Positions 9,364-19,516 of a DNA stretch of 64,000 bases are shown here, piece after piece. A model generated the notes under the pieces. It was not told where the DNA came from. It saw only the letters and a program-made list of their open reading frames with translations, and did no database searches. Source of the DNA: Syntrophales bacterium. GTDB taxonomy: Bacteria; Desulfobacterota; Syntrophia; Syntrophales; UBA6109. How positions within the stretch are numbered: the stretch's first letter is position 1; each line of letters begins with the position of its first letter. Where the stretch lies: NCBI GenBank assembly GCA_035366835.1, contig DAOSIS010000015.1, positions 23,949 to 87,948 of the forward strand. The letters run 5' to 3'. The position numbers were made by a program, and so were the translations under genes.

Positions 9364-11617
9364 GGACGGGGAAGAGAAGACGACGGTGTCGGTCGGCGGC
9401 ATGACCTGTGCCGCCTGTGTCCGGCGGGTCGAGACGGCGATCAAGGAGCTCCCGGGCGTGAGGGATGCGGCCGTCAATCTCGCCACGGCCAGGGCGACCG
9501 TCCGGCACGGCGCCGACTGGGCGGGGCTGCCGGAACTGCGCAGGGCCATCGAGGATCAGGGCTACACCTTCCTCGGCGTCCCGCGCGACGACGAGGCCGA
9601 TCCGATCACGGCGCTGAGGGAACGCGAGATCCGCGAACTTCGCACGCGCCTCGCCGTCGGCGCCGTCCTCTCCGTCGTCGTCTTTCTCGGCTCCATGCAG
9701 CACTGGTTTCCCCTTCTGCACGGCCTGCCGCGCGGGATCGTCCTCTACGCGATGTTCGTCCTGACCTTCCCCGTCGTCTTCTGGGTGGGCGATCGCTTCA
9801 TCGTCGGGGCGCTCAAGGCCGCACGGCAGCATACGACCGACATGAACACCCTCGTGGCGGTGGGAGCGCTGTCCGCTTATCTGTATTCGGCGGCCGCCAC
9901 GTTTTTCCCCTCCTTCTTCTCCGCGGCCGGCGTCGCGCCGCACGTCTATTACGACGGCGCAGCAATCATCGTGACGCTGATCGTTCTCGGCAGGCTTCTG
10001 GAAGCGAAGGCGAAGGGAAGGACGTCGCTGGCGATCCGCAAGCTGCTGGATCTGACGCCGAAGACGGCCCGCGTCATGCGGGACGGCGTCGAGACGGAAC
10101 TCCCCATCGAGGGCGTGCTCACGGAGGACCTGGTGGTCGTCCGGCCGGGCGAGCGCATTCCGACCGATGGCGTCGTGGTCGCCGGCGCTTCCAACGTCGA
10201 CGAGTCCATGCTGACGGGCGAGAGCATGCCGGTGCCGAAAGAGCAAGGGGCGCAGGTCTTCGCGGCGACGATCAATCTGAACGGGACGGTCACCTTCCGC
10301 GCCACCCGCGTCGGGACGGAAACGGCCCTGGCGCAGATCGTGCGGATGGTCTCGGATGCCCAGGGATCGAAGGCGCCGATCCAGCGCATCGCCGACCGCG
10401 TCGCGTCCGTTTTCGTGCCCGCGGTCTTCGCGATCGGGGCGGTCACCTTCGCCGTCTGGTATTTCGCCCTTCCGGAGCCGTCCTTCAGCCGGGCCCTCCT
10501 GAATTTCGTCTCCGTCCTCGTCATCGCGTGCCCCTGCGCCCTCGGCCTTGCGACGCCGACGGCGGTCATGGTCGGCACGGGGCTCGGCGCCGATCACGGC
10601 ATCCTGATCCGCGACGCGGAGAGCCTCGAGAACGCCTACAAGCTCACCACGGTGGTGTTCGACAAGACGGGGACGCTGACGAGGGGGAAGCCGGAGGTCA
10701 CGGACGTCGTGCCCGTCCCGGGCGTCTCGGATCGGGAACTCCTGCAGACCGCGCTGTGCATCGAGAGCGCTTCGGAGCATCCCCTGGCGCGGGCCGTCAT
10801 GGCGCGGGCCGCGAAGGAGGGCCTGGCGCCTGAACCGACGGAGGGGTTTGAGGCCCTTTCCGGGTTCGGTGCGAGGGCGCGCATCGGCGGGAAGGACTGC
10901 ATGCTGGGGAACCGGCCGCTGATGGAGAGGAAGGAGGTGGCGTTCGACGAACTGGCAGCCGCCTGCGAACGCCTGAGCGGGGAGGGGAAGACCTGCGTCT
11001 TCGTGGCGCTGGAGAAGAGGGCGCTCGGCGTGATCGGCATCGCCGACACGCCCAGGGAATCGGCGGCCGCGGCGGTCGCGGCCCTCAGGGAGATGGGGCT
11101 GCAGGTCGCCATGATCACGGGGGACACGGCGGGAACGGGGAGGGCGGTGGCGGGGGCCGTCGGAATCGACCGCGTCCTGGCCGAGGTGCTTCCCGCGGGC
11201 AAGGCGGACGAAATCCGCCGTCTGCGCGAGAAGGGGGAGGTGGTCGCCATGGTGGGCGACGGCATCAACGATGCGCCGGCGCTGGCGGCGGCGGACATCG
11301 GGATCGCCGTCGGCGCCGGTACGGACATCGCCATCGAGGCCAGCGACATCACCCTGATGCGGGACGACCTCCGGACCGTACCGCACGCGATTCTTCTGTC
11401 GGCGGAAACGATGAAAGTGATCCGCCAGAACCTGTTCTGGGCGTTCGTCTACAACGTCGTCGGCATTCCCATCGCCGCCGGCGTCCTGTACCCCTTTTTC
11501 GGGATCCTCCTCAATCCGGAGTTTGCCGCTGCCGCGATGGCCATGAGTTCCGTCTCCGTCGTGAGCAACTCGCTGCGCCTGCGCAGGGTCTGGAAGAGGA
11601 AGATGGGCCGGGCCTGA
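9350..11617 (+). CDS. copA: copper-translocating P1B-type ATPase
   Basis: Internal Met ([24 protein letters not shown]) of ORF 9254..11617. CPC ([12 protein letters not shown]), DKTGTLT and [10 protein letters not shown] motifs. 14-nt overlap with copZ. Confidence 0.95.
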   Translation: MKSAEDGEEKTTVSVGGMTCAACVRRVETAIKELPGVRDAAVNLATARATVRHGADWAGLPELRRAIEDQGYTFLGVPRDDEADPITALREREIRELRTRLAVGAVLSVVVFLGSMQHWFPLLHGLPRGIVLYAMFVLTFPVVFWVGDRFIVGALKAARQHTTDMNTLVAVGALSAYLYSAAATFFPSFFSAAGVAPHVYYDGAAIIVTLIVLGRLLEAKAKGRTSLAIRKLLDLTPKTARVMRDGVETELPIEGVLTEDLVVVRPGERIPTDGVVVAGASNVDESMLTGESMPVPKEQGAQVFAATINLNGTVTFRATRVGTETALAQIVRMVSDAQGSKAPIQRIADRVASVFVPAVFAIGAVTFAVWYFALPEPSFSRALLNFVSVLVIACPCALGLATPTAVMVGTGLGADHGILIRDAESLENAYKLTTVVFDKTGTLTRGKPEVTDVVPVPGVSDRELLQTALCIESASEHPLARAVMARAAKEGLAPEPTEGFEALSGFGARARIGGKDCMLGNRPLMERKEVAFDELAAACERLSGEGKTCVFVALEKRALGVIGIADTPRESAAAAVAALREMGLQVAMITGDTAGTGRAVAGAVGIDRVLAEVLPAGKADEIRRLREKGEVVAMVGDGINDAPALAAADIGIAVGAGTDIAIEASDITLMRDDLRTVPHAILLSAETMKVIRQNLFWAFVYNVVGIPIAAGVLYPFFGILLNPEFAAAAMAMSSVSVVSNSLRLRRVWKRKMGRA

Positions 11618-11732
11618 ACCGAAGTTGCAGACTGTTGAAAAACGCCCGTCTGCCGCGTTTCCCCCATCCTTCGCCATTCGACGTACGTCTTGCGTACGCC
11701 TCACGGCTCAGGATTTCGGAGCCTGCATTCTG

Positions 11733-12425
11733 TCATTTTTCCGGTTCGAACTTGCCCTTCTCCGCCCCGCACACCGGGCATATCCAGCCGTCGGGGAGCC
11801 TTTCGAAGGGTGTCCCGGGCGAAATGCCCGCATCGGGGTCTCCCTTTTCCGGGTCGTAGACGTAGCCGCAGACCGTGCAGACGGACCGCTTCGCCTTCAC
11901 GGGCGGTGCGTCCTTCGGTTCGTCCTTGATGAAGGTCGGGGCGTTCTTCGGCGACTTGCCGCCCTTGACCTCGTGATAGAAGGCGTAGGTCATCGGCTCC
12001 GCTTCGCTCAACACCCCGCAGTCGGCGACCTTGCCGATGAAGACGGTGTGCGTTGCGCAGTCCGTCTCGCCGATCACTTCCGCCTCGACATAGGCCACGG
12101 AAAAATCGGTCACGATCGGGGCGCCCGTCACACCGGTCCGGTAGCCGATGTCGGCGAACTTGTCGATGTCCCGGCCTCCCTTGAAACCGAAGCGGCCGAT
12201 GAAGGTCATGGGCGTATCCTTCGACAGGACCGACACCGAGAACACACGACTATCCCGCACGTAGTCGTGGGTGAGGTTCTGCTTGTTGAGGCTGATGGCG
12301 ATCGTAGCGGGGTCCGACGAAACCTGGAAGACGCTGTTCGCGATCTGGCCGTTGAGACGCTCTCCGCTGCGGGAACTGACGATGTAGAGGCCGTAGCTGA
12401 GCTTGCGGAATGCCCTGGTGTTCAT
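11733..12425 (-). CDS. flavin reductase domain fused to rubredoxin (high-molecular-weight rubredoxin type)
   Basis: 230 aa. N-terminal flavin reductase-like domain ([22 protein letters not shown]). C-terminal rubredoxin with [10 protein letters not shown]...WICPVCGA. Confidence 0.85.
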   Translation of the reverse strand: MNTRAFRKLSYGLYIVSSRSGERLNGQIANSVFQVSSDPATIAISLNKQNLTHDYVRDSRVFSVSVLSKDTPMTFIGRFGFKGGRDIDKFADIGYRTGVTGAPIVTDFSVAYVEAEVIGETDCATHTVFIGKVADCGVLSEAEPMTYAFYHEVKGGKSPKNAPTFIKDEPKDAPPVKAKRSVCTVCGYVYDPEKGDPDAGISPGTPFERLPDGWICPVCGAEKGKFEPEK

Positions 12426-12449
12426 GGAATTCTCCTTTGCATGGACTTC

Positions 12450-13190
12450 TTATTTCACCTCCGGGGTCGCATCGGGGTCGAACGGGTTCGTCCGCATGGC
12501 GAACGAGAACAGGTACGGGAAATGGTCGTGGAGATGCTGCATGTAGTCCAGCCACGCGGAAACCAGCTGCCCGTAGACCCGCTGCATGTCTGTTTCGACG
12601 TGCCGGCAGTCCGTTGCCGTCAACGCCGCCAGGTCGGTCCGCGCGGCAAGCTCCTCGGTCAGGTGAAAGACGGCGATGAGGCAGTTCGTGAAGGAGTCGT
12701 GTTCCAGAAGGCTCGGATTTTCCAGGAGGCGGAGAAGAAACTCCCTGTGCCTGACGAGGAGATCCTTCAGGGCGCGGAGGTCCGCGCCGCAGACGGCCAT
12801 GTCGCCGCGGTGCTCTTTGAGCTTCCGGCTCGTTCCCGCAAACTCCTTTGCCGTCCAGGATGTCTTGACGAGGAGGTGCTTCGTGATTTGCGCGGCGCTC
12901 CGGTCGAAGCCCGACAGGACCCTCAGCAGATCGAGCCCCACTTCGCTGAAGAAGGAGCCGATCACCATGTTGAGCTTTTCCAGGAGGCTGCGCTTCTCTC
13001 GCAGGCTCAGCAATTCGTGCAGGATGAGCGTCACCAGGAGGACCTCGATGAAGACGAAGGCGACGTCTTCCAAAAGGAAGATGAAGATGTGGTGGGCGTC
13101 ACGGAAGATGAGCCAATGGATGTAGTAGACGAGCGCCGAGAGGGCGATCAGCGATGCCCCCAGCAGGAAGGGCCATCGGAATCGTTTCAC
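12450..13190 (-). CDS. hypothetical membrane protein (two N-terminal TM helices plus helical cytoplasmic domain)
   Basis: Tail of ORF 12450..13673. The plausible start is GTG at 13190, which forms a GTGA overlap with the yggS stop. Protein begins VKRFRWPFLLGASLIALSALVYYIHWLIF. No family recognised. Confidence 0.55.
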   Translation of the reverse strand: MKRFRWPFLLGASLIALSALVYYIHWLIFRDAHHIFIFLLEDVAFVFIEVLLVTLILHELLSLREKRSLLEKLNMVIGSFFSEVGLDLLRVLSGFDRSAAQITKHLLVKTSWTAKEFAGTSRKLKEHRGDMAVCGADLRALKDLLVRHREFLLRLLENPSLLEHDSFTNCLIAVFHLTEELAARTDLAALTATDCRHVETDMQRVYGQLVSAWLDYMQHLHDHFPYLFSFAMRTNPFDPDATPEVK

Positions 13191-13897
13191 GGGGATCCTT
13201 TCCGGACCGGCCGCTCGCCGAAGATCGCCCGGCCGATCCGTACGATCGTGGAGCCTTCTTCGACGGCGACTTCGAAGTCCTGGGTCATGCCCATGGACAG
13301 CTCGCGCATCGAAACCCCGGCGATGCGCTCTTCCGCGATCCGGTCCCGGAGTTCGCGGAGCGACCGGAAAAAGGGGCGGGCCTCTTCGGGATCGTCGAAC
13401 CACGGCGGCATGGTCATGAGTCCGCGAACGGAAAGATTCGGCAGGGCCGCGGCGCTCCGCACGAGTTCCATGGCGCGCGCCGGGGGAATGCCGCTCTTCG
13501 TGTCCTCGCCCCCCGTATTGACCTCCACGAGGACGGGTGTGACCGTTCCGGCAAGGGCGGAACGCCGGCTCAGTTCCTGCGCCAGTTCCATCCGGTCGAC
13601 GGAGTGGATCAGGTCGAAGAGCCGGACGGCGTACTTGGCCTTGTTCGTCTGGAGGTGGCCGATCATGTGCCATTCTACGGTCTTCCCGAGTTTCTCGATC
13701 TTCCGCTTCCCCTCCTGGACGTAGTTTTCGCCGATGATGTCCACGCCGGCGGCGATCGCCTCCGCCACCCGTTCGTCGTCCACCGTCTTGGTCACGGCCA
13801 TCAGGCGCACGTCGGAGGGGCGACGCCCCCCGCGCAGCGCCGCATCGGCCATGCGCTCGCGTATCCGCAGGATGTTGGAAAGGACCGCTGAGTCCAT
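13187..13897 (-). CDS. yggS: YggS-family pyridoxal phosphate homeostasis protein
   Basis: 236 aa. LMAVTKTV...IIGENYVQE...WHMIGHLQTNK are hallmark YggS motifs. Confidence 0.9.
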   Translation of the reverse strand: MDSAVLSNILRIRERMADAALRGGRRPSDVRLMAVTKTVDDERVAEAIAAGVDIIGENYVQEGKRKIEKLGKTVEWHMIGHLQTNKAKYAVRLFDLIHSVDRMELAQELSRRSALAGTVTPVLVEVNTGGEDTKSGIPPARAMELVRSAAALPNLSVRGLMTMPPWFDDPEEARPFFRSLRELRDRIAEERIAGVSMRELSMGMTQDFEVAVEEGSTIVRIGRAIFGERPVRKGSP

Positions 13898-13901
13898 GCT
13901 G

Positions 13902-14498
13902 CTAACCGGCGAAAGAGAGGATCCTGAGTTTCTTCAGAACGTCGACGACTTCACACAGCGGAAGGCCCATGACGTTCGTGTAGGAGCCGCGGATTTCCTT
14001 GATGAAGAAGGCGCCGAGCCCCTGAACGGCGTATGCGCCCGCCTTGTCGTACGGTTCGTCGGTCGCGGCGTACCAGGCGGCCTCGTCGTCGCCGATGGTC
14101 CGGAACGTCACGGCCGATTCCACGGCCTCGCTCACCGTCGCGGCGCGCTCCGCCGAGGTCATGCTGAAACCGGTGAAGACGCGGTGTTCCCGCCCGCTCA
14201 ACTTCCGCATCATGGCGATTGCCTCCGCGGGCGACGAGGGCTTCCCGAGGATCTCGCCGTCGATGACGACGATCGTATCGGCGCCCAGGACCCAGGCATC
14301 GGGCCGACGCAGGGAAACGGCGCCGGCCTTCGCTTCGGCCAGCCGCAGGACGTGATCCCGGGGGGATTCGCCTTCGCGAAAACTCTCATCGACGCCGCTC
14401 GGGAGGATTTCAAAGCGCAGGCCCATCTGCTGCAGCAGTTCGATGCGGCGAGGCGAGGCCGAGGCCAGGATGACCCGCCCCGTCGTCTGTAAACCCAT
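13902..14498 (-). CDS. maf: Maf-like nucleoside triphosphate pyrophosphatase
   Basis: 198 aa. ILASASPRRIELLQQMGL...GADTIVV...KAGAYAVQG. Confidence 0.9.
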   Translation of the reverse strand: MGLQTTGRVILASASPRRIELLQQMGLRFEILPSGVDESFREGESPRDHVLRLAEAKAGAVSLRRPDAWVLGADTIVVIDGEILGKPSSPAEAIAMMRKLSGREHRVFTGFSMTSAERAATVSEAVESAVTFRTIGDDEAAWYAATDEPYDKAGAYAVQGLGAFFIKEIRGSYTNVMGLPLCEVVDVLKKLRILSFAG

Positions 14499-14648
14499 GG
14501 TTGTTCTGTCTCTCCGTACTTCGTCTCGATACCTCCGTCCTTATAGAGGATTGAGGCGGGCGAGTCAAGGCGGACCCGTCCGGGGAAGGGGCTGGATTTT
14601 CGGACGGATCCGGTTTATAAGGACCCTGCCGATCGGGAGGGAAAGGAA

Positions 14649-14960
14649 ATGGCGCAACGTACGGGTTGGCTGCTGACATCGATCGCGGTGGTGGCTCTGC
14701 TGCTGGCGGGGCTCTTCGCCGCCGCGGATGCCGCCGAGAAGCGGGTTCGGGTCGTCGTTCCCGGCTGCAGTTCCTGAGGGACCGCGGCGAGGGTCCGTGC
14801 GGCCCTCCAATCCGCAGACGGGGTCGTCCGCTGGGAGACCGTGAAGGCGAACACCCTGGTCATCACGTTCGACGACGCAAGGACGTCGGTGGAACGTATC
14901 GTTGAATCCCTGAAGGCGGGCAAACTGACCGTGCAGGGGAAACCCGAGATCCTCAAATAG
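14649..14960 (+). CDS. candidate selenoprotein: secreted HMA/MerP-like domain protein with in-frame TGA (Sec) at 14775-14777
   Basis: Manual translation, not in the ORF track: MAQRTGWLLTSIAVVALLLAGLFAAADAAEKRVRVVVPGCSS[TGA]GTAARVRAALQSADGVVRWETVKANTLVITFDDARTSVERIVESLKAGKLTVQGKPEILK*. There is an SD GGGAGGGAAAGGAA before the ATG. The TGA sits at the second Cys position of the GMxCxxC loop. G/C third-position bias continues past the TGA. Confidence 0.6.
14789..14807 (+). promoter_or_regulatory. candidate bacterial SECIS hairpin
   Basis: GAGGG-T-CC-GTGC-GG-CCCTC begins 11 nt after the TGA. It has a 5+2 bp stem, a bulged U, and an apical loop GUGC containing G and U. Confidence 0.45.
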
Positions 14961-14981
14961 AAGAATCGGAGGGCGCAGGCG

Positions 14982-16052
14982 CTACAGCAGTTCCTTCCAG
15001 CCACGTCGCTCGATTTCCACGACCGCCTTCTTCACGTCCTGGGAGGCGCCTCTCCGGCAGATGAGGAGGGCGTCTTCCGTTTCCACGACGATCAGGTCCT
15101 TCACGCCGACGAGGGCGACGAGCTTTTTCGCGCCGTGGACCAGCACGTTCGCGGCATCGACCTCGACGAGACGGCAGGAGGCGGCGTTTCCGCAGGCGTC
15201 CTTTTCCGAGATCTCCCACAGGGCATCCCAACTGCCCACATCCGACCAGCCGAAGTCGCCGCGCAGGACGAGCACGTTGCCGGCCTTTTCCATCACGCCG
15301 TAGTCGATGGAGACGGCGGGAAGCTGCTCGTAGATCCTGCGGAATTCCTCTCTTGAAGGGGCGGAGGCCGGGAGTGCCGCGATCCTCCCGAGGCCGTCGT
15401 TCAGATCCGGCATCCAGCGTCCGATGGCCCGCAGGATGCTCCCCGCACGCCAGACGAACATGCCGCTGTTCCACAGGAATCCGCCCCGGGCGAGGAATTC
15501 GCAGGCCGTCGCGCGGTCCGGCTTTTCACGGATCGAGGCCACGCGGAACACCTCCTCCCCGCGGGCGTCGAAGGCCTTCTCGCCGCACTCCAGGTATCCG
15601 TAGCCGGTTTCCGGGCCGGTGGGCTGGATGCCGATCGTGACCAGGACGTCTCCCGTGGCAGCCGCATCCGCCGCCGCAGCCAGCACGCTGCGGAATCGTT
15701 CCGCGTCGAGGATGATCTGGTCGGAAGGCAGAACGAGCATCACCTCTCCGGGATCCCGCCGGGCGATCTCCATGGCGGCCCAGCCGATGCAGGGGGCCGT
15801 GTTCCGCCCCGCCGGTTCGATGAGGATGTTCTCGCGCGGCAATTCCGGGAGCTGGCGGATCAGCGCCCCGGCGTGGCTCTCGCCGGTCACGATCAGGATC
15901 TTCTCGGGCGGGACCAGGGGAAGCACCCGGGCGACCGTTTCCTGGACGATGGTCCTGCCGCCGAAGAGGTCCAAGAGGTGCTTGGGAAGTTTCTCCCGGC
16001 TCTTCGGCCAGAAGCGGCTTCCTCTCCCCCCTGCCATGATGACCGCGTGCAT
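14982..16052 (-). CDS. mannose-1-phosphate guanylyltransferase (nucleotidyltransferase domain only)
   Basis: Internal Met of ORF 14982..16214: MHAVIMAGGRGSRFWPKSREKLPKHLL.... The upstream extension is junk. Confidence 0.85.
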   Translation of the reverse strand: MHAVIMAGGRGSRFWPKSREKLPKHLLDLFGGRTIVQETVARVLPLVPPEKILIVTGESHAGALIRQLPELPRENILIEPAGRNTAPCIGWAAMEIARRDPGEVMLVLPSDQIILDAERFRSVLAAAADAAATGDVLVTIGIQPTGPETGYGYLECGEKAFDARGEEVFRVASIREKPDRATACEFLARGGFLWNSGMFVWRAGSILRAIGRWMPDLNDGLGRIAALPASAPSREEFRRIYEQLPAVSIDYGVMEKAGNVLVLRGDFGWSDVGSWDALWEISEKDACGNAASCRLVEVDAANVLVHGAKKLVALVGVKDLIVVETEDALLICRRGASQDVKKAVVEIERRGWKELL

Positions 16053-16340
16053 GGGTCTTTTCCTTTCGCTGTCCGGATCGCGGGAACGGCGCCTGCGGCA
16101 CCCGTCCGCGGAGGGCCTGGAGGCCGCAGGTGCTTCCTTATACAACGATCCGCCTTGCTTTTGAAGGGCCGAATCGATATGTTGGCGCCAGCGCAGAAAG
16201 CGCATTGATGACACCTGTCCCGGGTCGCCGGGATATTTTTCGACCCTGCAAACTCTCGCCGCGGAGGCAAGAGGCCCCGAAAAATCTCCAAGGCGCCCCT
16301 GCGACGGACATCATCAACAGCGGAAGAAGAGGCTGATGAC

Positions 16341-17525
16341 ATGCCCGATTACCCTGTTTTGAAATTGAAGGCCGGACGCGATGTCCCGCTGCGGCGCGGC
16401 CATCCCTGGGTCTTCTCGGGCGCCGTTTCGCGCGTGGAGGGGAATCCGGCCCCCGGAGACGTCGTGACGGCCGCCTCTTCCGACGGCGTTGCGTTGGCGA
16501 TCGGATTTTACCAGCCTTCGTCGGATATCGTCTTCCGGCGCCTGTCCTGGGACACCCGTGCGACCGTCGATGGGGACTTCTGGCGAAGAAGACTCCGGGA
16601 CGCGATGTCGTTGCGACGGCGTGTCGTGCCGCCGGACACGACGGCCTACCGCCTGGTCAATGCGGAAGGGGACGGCATGCCTGGCCTCGTGGCCGATCTC
16701 TACGGCGATGTCCTGGCGGTCTCCATCGGGACGGCGGGCATGGACCGCCGCCGCGAAGAACTCGCCGGGATCTTTCGGACGGAACTGTGCACGAGGTGGA
16801 TCTGCGAGCGGAGCGAAGGGCGCTCCCGCCGGCGCGAGGGGTTGTCCGACCGGGTCGGACTGCTGCAGGGAGAGGAACTGCCGGCCCTGGTGCCGATCCG
16901 CGAGGAAGGAAGGAAATACCTCGTCGATGTCGCTTCGGGACAGAAGACCGGTTTCTTTCTGGATCAGCGCGTCAACCGCGGGATCGTCGCCGAGATCAGC
17001 GCCGGCATGTCGGTCCTGAACGCCTTTTCCTACACCGGCGGATTCTCCGTCGCCTGTGCCTGCGCGGGCGCGGCCCGTGTGGTCTCCGTGGAGGTTTCTG
17101 CGGCCGCCAACGCCATTGCCGGGCGCAACCTTGCCGCCAATGGAATCCCCCTCGACCGGCACCCGATCGTGGAGGCGGACGTCTTCAACTATCTCAGGGA
17201 GACGGAGGAGAGGTTCGACGTGATCGTCCTCGACCCGCCCGCCTTTGCGAAGTCGAGCCGGGACGTGCCGTCGGCCGCAAGGGGCTACAAGGAGGTCCAT
17301 CTCCAGGCGCTGAAAAGGCTGAAAAGCGGGGGGATCCTGGCCACGTTTTCCTGCTCCAACCCCGTCGACGAAGAGCTGTTCAGGAAGATCGTCCTCGGGG
17401 CGCTTCGCGACGGGGGGCGGTCCGCCGCAATCCTCCGCTCGCTGGGCCCCTCGCCCGATCACCCCACGGACCCGGGCCATCCGGAGGGCCGTTATCTGAA
17501 GGGGCTGCTGCTGTTCGTGGCCTGA
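16341..17525 (+). CDS. rlmI: class I SAM-dependent 23S rRNA (cytosine-C5) methyltransferase, RlmI type
   Basis: 394 aa. N-terminal PUA-like LKLKAGRDVPLRRGHPWVFSGAV. MTase core VLNAFSYTGGFSVA and DVIVLDPPAFAKS. Confidence 0.85.
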   Translation: MPDYPVLKLKAGRDVPLRRGHPWVFSGAVSRVEGNPAPGDVVTAASSDGVALAIGFYQPSSDIVFRRLSWDTRATVDGDFWRRRLRDAMSLRRRVVPPDTTAYRLVNAEGDGMPGLVADLYGDVLAVSIGTAGMDRRREELAGIFRTELCTRWICERSEGRSRRREGLSDRVGLLQGEELPALVPIREEGRKYLVDVASGQKTGFFLDQRVNRGIVAEISAGMSVLNAFSYTGGFSVACACAGAARVVSVEVSAAANAIAGRNLAANGIPLDRHPIVEADVFNYLRETEERFDVIVLDPPAFAKSSRDVPSAARGYKEVHLQALKRLKSGGILATFSCSNPVDEELFRKIVLGALRDGGRSAAILRSLGPSPDHPTDPGHPEGRYLKGLLLFVA

Positions 17526-17566
17526 GCGCGCGCCGCTTCCCGCGGGTCTATGCGGTCATGATTCCT

Positions 17567-18013
17567 TCATTTCCCCTGCGGGGCGGAGTCCTGGGTCTCC
17601 GGGGCCAGGGCCTCGGAGATGCGTTTGCCGAGCCGTTCGTGGATGAGTTCCGAGGCCAGGTTGTTGCCGGCCATGCCGACACGGACACCCACGGCGGTCG
17701 AGTTCTTCTCGACGTACTCGATCTGAACCACGACGTTTTCATCCTGAACGACCGCCTTCATCGCGCCCGTAGCGATCTCGCGTTTTTTCTCGAGATCCCC
17801 TGCCTTGAGCTCCAGCAGCGTCTTTTCGGCGGCCGGCCAGACGACGTCGAAGGGCGCGTTGTACGTCGATCGGAGGTAGCCGTCCGTAAAGATGAAATGG
17901 CCCGAACGGACGCCGACGGTCTTGCTGCCCACGGTCAGGGCCGCGTCACATCCGATCAGGAGCACAAGGGCCGCAAGCGGCGCGAGAACCATTCGCAGTG
18001 TCCCTCTCTTCAT
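17567..18013 (-). CDS. lipoprotein, function unknown
   Basis: 148 aa. Signal peptide with lipobox LLIGC. Confidence 0.6.
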   Translation of the reverse strand: MKRGTLRMVLAPLAALVLLIGCDAALTVGSKTVGVRSGHFIFTDGYLRSTYNAPFDVVWPAAEKTLLELKAGDLEKKREIATGAMKAVVQDENVVVQIEYVEKNSTAVGVRVGMAGNNLASELIHERLGKRISEALAPETQDSAPQGK

Positions 18014-18182
18014 GGCGTGTCATCCTTTGCTGTGGCGAAGTTTCGTATGCCGGCGCCCCGCACGGCGGAACGCGGACCCATCGGCGAGCGGAGGCGGAAG
18101 GACGTTTTCGACGGACGGTCATAGTAAAATAGGACGCCCTGTCTGTCAATCTTCCCTTTTCGTTCCCCGCCGCCGGGAGGGA

Positions 18183-19361
18183 TCAGCGGAGATAGGGGCC
18201 GAGACCCTCGGCGGCGACTTTTTCGGAAACCGGGAAGTTTCTGAGTTCGACGGGTTTGCCGGGATTTGCTTCCTGAAAAGCCTTCAGGAATTCCTCGATG
18301 CCGGCCAGATGGCGGGCCACCCGTTCGTTCTCGAGGGGATGGCCGCCTTCGTCGTACTCCACGAAGAGACGCCCCGCCTTCGCCGCCCGCACATACATCT
18401 TGTCCCTGCCCTTGACGATCAGGTCGGCGGTTGTCCTTCCGCGCAGCCTCCCCTGCGCCGGGTTGGCGGTCTCCATGAGCACCGCCAGCGCCGCCGTGTG
18501 ATCGCCCAGTTCCCGATGCGTGAGGCCGTGCAGATTCTTCGGCGACGGCTCCAGGGCGATCTTGATCCCCCGCATCTCCAGGTTCATCACCACGGCCACG
18601 GCGAGCGGCATCGCCCGCTCGTGGGCGACGATGGCATGAATCACGGGATACTCCGGCGAGGCCTCGTGAAGGTCGATCACCAGGTCGACCTTTTCGCGCC
18701 GGACCAGTTCCGTGATGGCGAAGGCGACCCGTTCCGTGAAGTTTCCGTCCGGGCGGCCCGGAAAGGCCCGGTTCAGGTTCCTCGTCTGGTTGCCGGAGAG
18801 CGTCTGTCCCGATGGATAGTGAAGGTAGATGTCGGGGTCCGGCCATTGATCCATGGGGCTTGTTCCGCGTGAGCCGTAGCGGAACCAGCGTTTCCCCGAG
18901 GGCGTGTCGATGCTGAAGGCCTGCGGGCTTGCCTCCTGCGGGTCGCCGGCGGTGAAGCCGCTGGCGTTGGCCCGCGGGATCACGAAAAGGCGTCCCTTTT
19001 CGGCTGCGGCGTTTTCGACGATCGTGATCGCCGCCAGATGGCCGGACGGCTCGTTCGGATGGGTCCCCCCGAGGATGAGGACCGTGCCGCCGGGCTCTTT
19101 GCCTGCAAGAAGAAACACCTCGGAGTCCCCGCGCGTCCCCGCCAGCGGTCCGAAGTAATCGCGGAGATGGCGGATTTTCGTGACCCCGGGGCCGGCCTTG
19201 ACGGGCAGGGGACGGCGGTGGTCGAGGAACGAACCCGCCGCCGCCCCGGCGACGGCCAGCGCCGCCAGGAGCAGCAGCGTGCCCCGCGCCGTCTTCTTTT
19301 TCAGCAATCCTCGCAGACTCGACATGGTCGACCCGACTTCATCCGGTTTCCCGGCCTTCAC
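18183..19361 (-). CDS. succinylglutamate desuccinylase/aspartoacylase-family (M14-like) zinc hydrolase, exported
   Basis: 392 aa. Zinc motif GGTHPNEPSG plus a later DLHE. N-terminal hydrophobic signal. GTG start forms a GTGA overlap with the upstream small ORF (alternative ATG at 19325). Paralogue of 24987..26033. Confidence 0.75.
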   Translation of the reverse strand: MKAGKPDEVGSTMSSLRGLLKKKTARGTLLLLAALAVAGAAAGSFLDHRRPLPVKAGPGVTKIRHLRDYFGPLAGTRGDSEVFLLAGKEPGGTVLILGGTHPNEPSGHLAAITIVENAAAEKGRLFVIPRANASGFTAGDPQEASPQAFSIDTPSGKRWFRYGSRGTSPMDQWPDPDIYLHYPSGQTLSGNQTRNLNRAFPGRPDGNFTERVAFAITELVRREKVDLVIDLHEASPEYPVIHAIVAHERAMPLAVAVVMNLEMRGIKIALEPSPKNLHGLTHRELGDHTAALAVLMETANPAQGRLRGRTTADLIVKGRDKMYVRAAKAGRLFVEYDEGGHPLENERVARHLAGIEEFLKAFQEANPGKPVELRNFPVSEKVAAEGLGPYLR

Positions 19362-19516
19362 TTGATCATCAGGACGCGCAGCAGCAGCGGCACGACCAGG
19401 AACGCCGCCATCACCTGAAAATAACCATCCTCCTCGTCCAGGGCGCTCCAGGCGGTGAGGCCCAGAACCAGGAGGACGATGAGGCGGTAAACGATGACCA
19501 TGATGGCGTCGATCAT
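19358..19516 (-). CDS. 52-aa two-TM membrane protein, translationally coupled to the TRAP permease
   Basis: MIDAIMVIVYRLIVLLVLGLTAWSALDEEDGYFQVMAAFLVVPLLLRVLMIK. ATGA overlap with the permease stop at 19513-19516. Confidence 0.5.
   Translation of the reverse strand: MIDAIMVIVYRLIVLLVLGLTAWSALDEEDGYFQVMAAFLVVPLLLRVLMIK

Noticed and set aside
14666-14905. Track ORF 14666..14905 (+) overlapping the candidate selenoprotein locus.
   Set aside because: It is in a different frame from the HMA-like reading frame, has an Arg/Gly-rich composition, and has no SD. The recoded frame from 14649 explains the region better.
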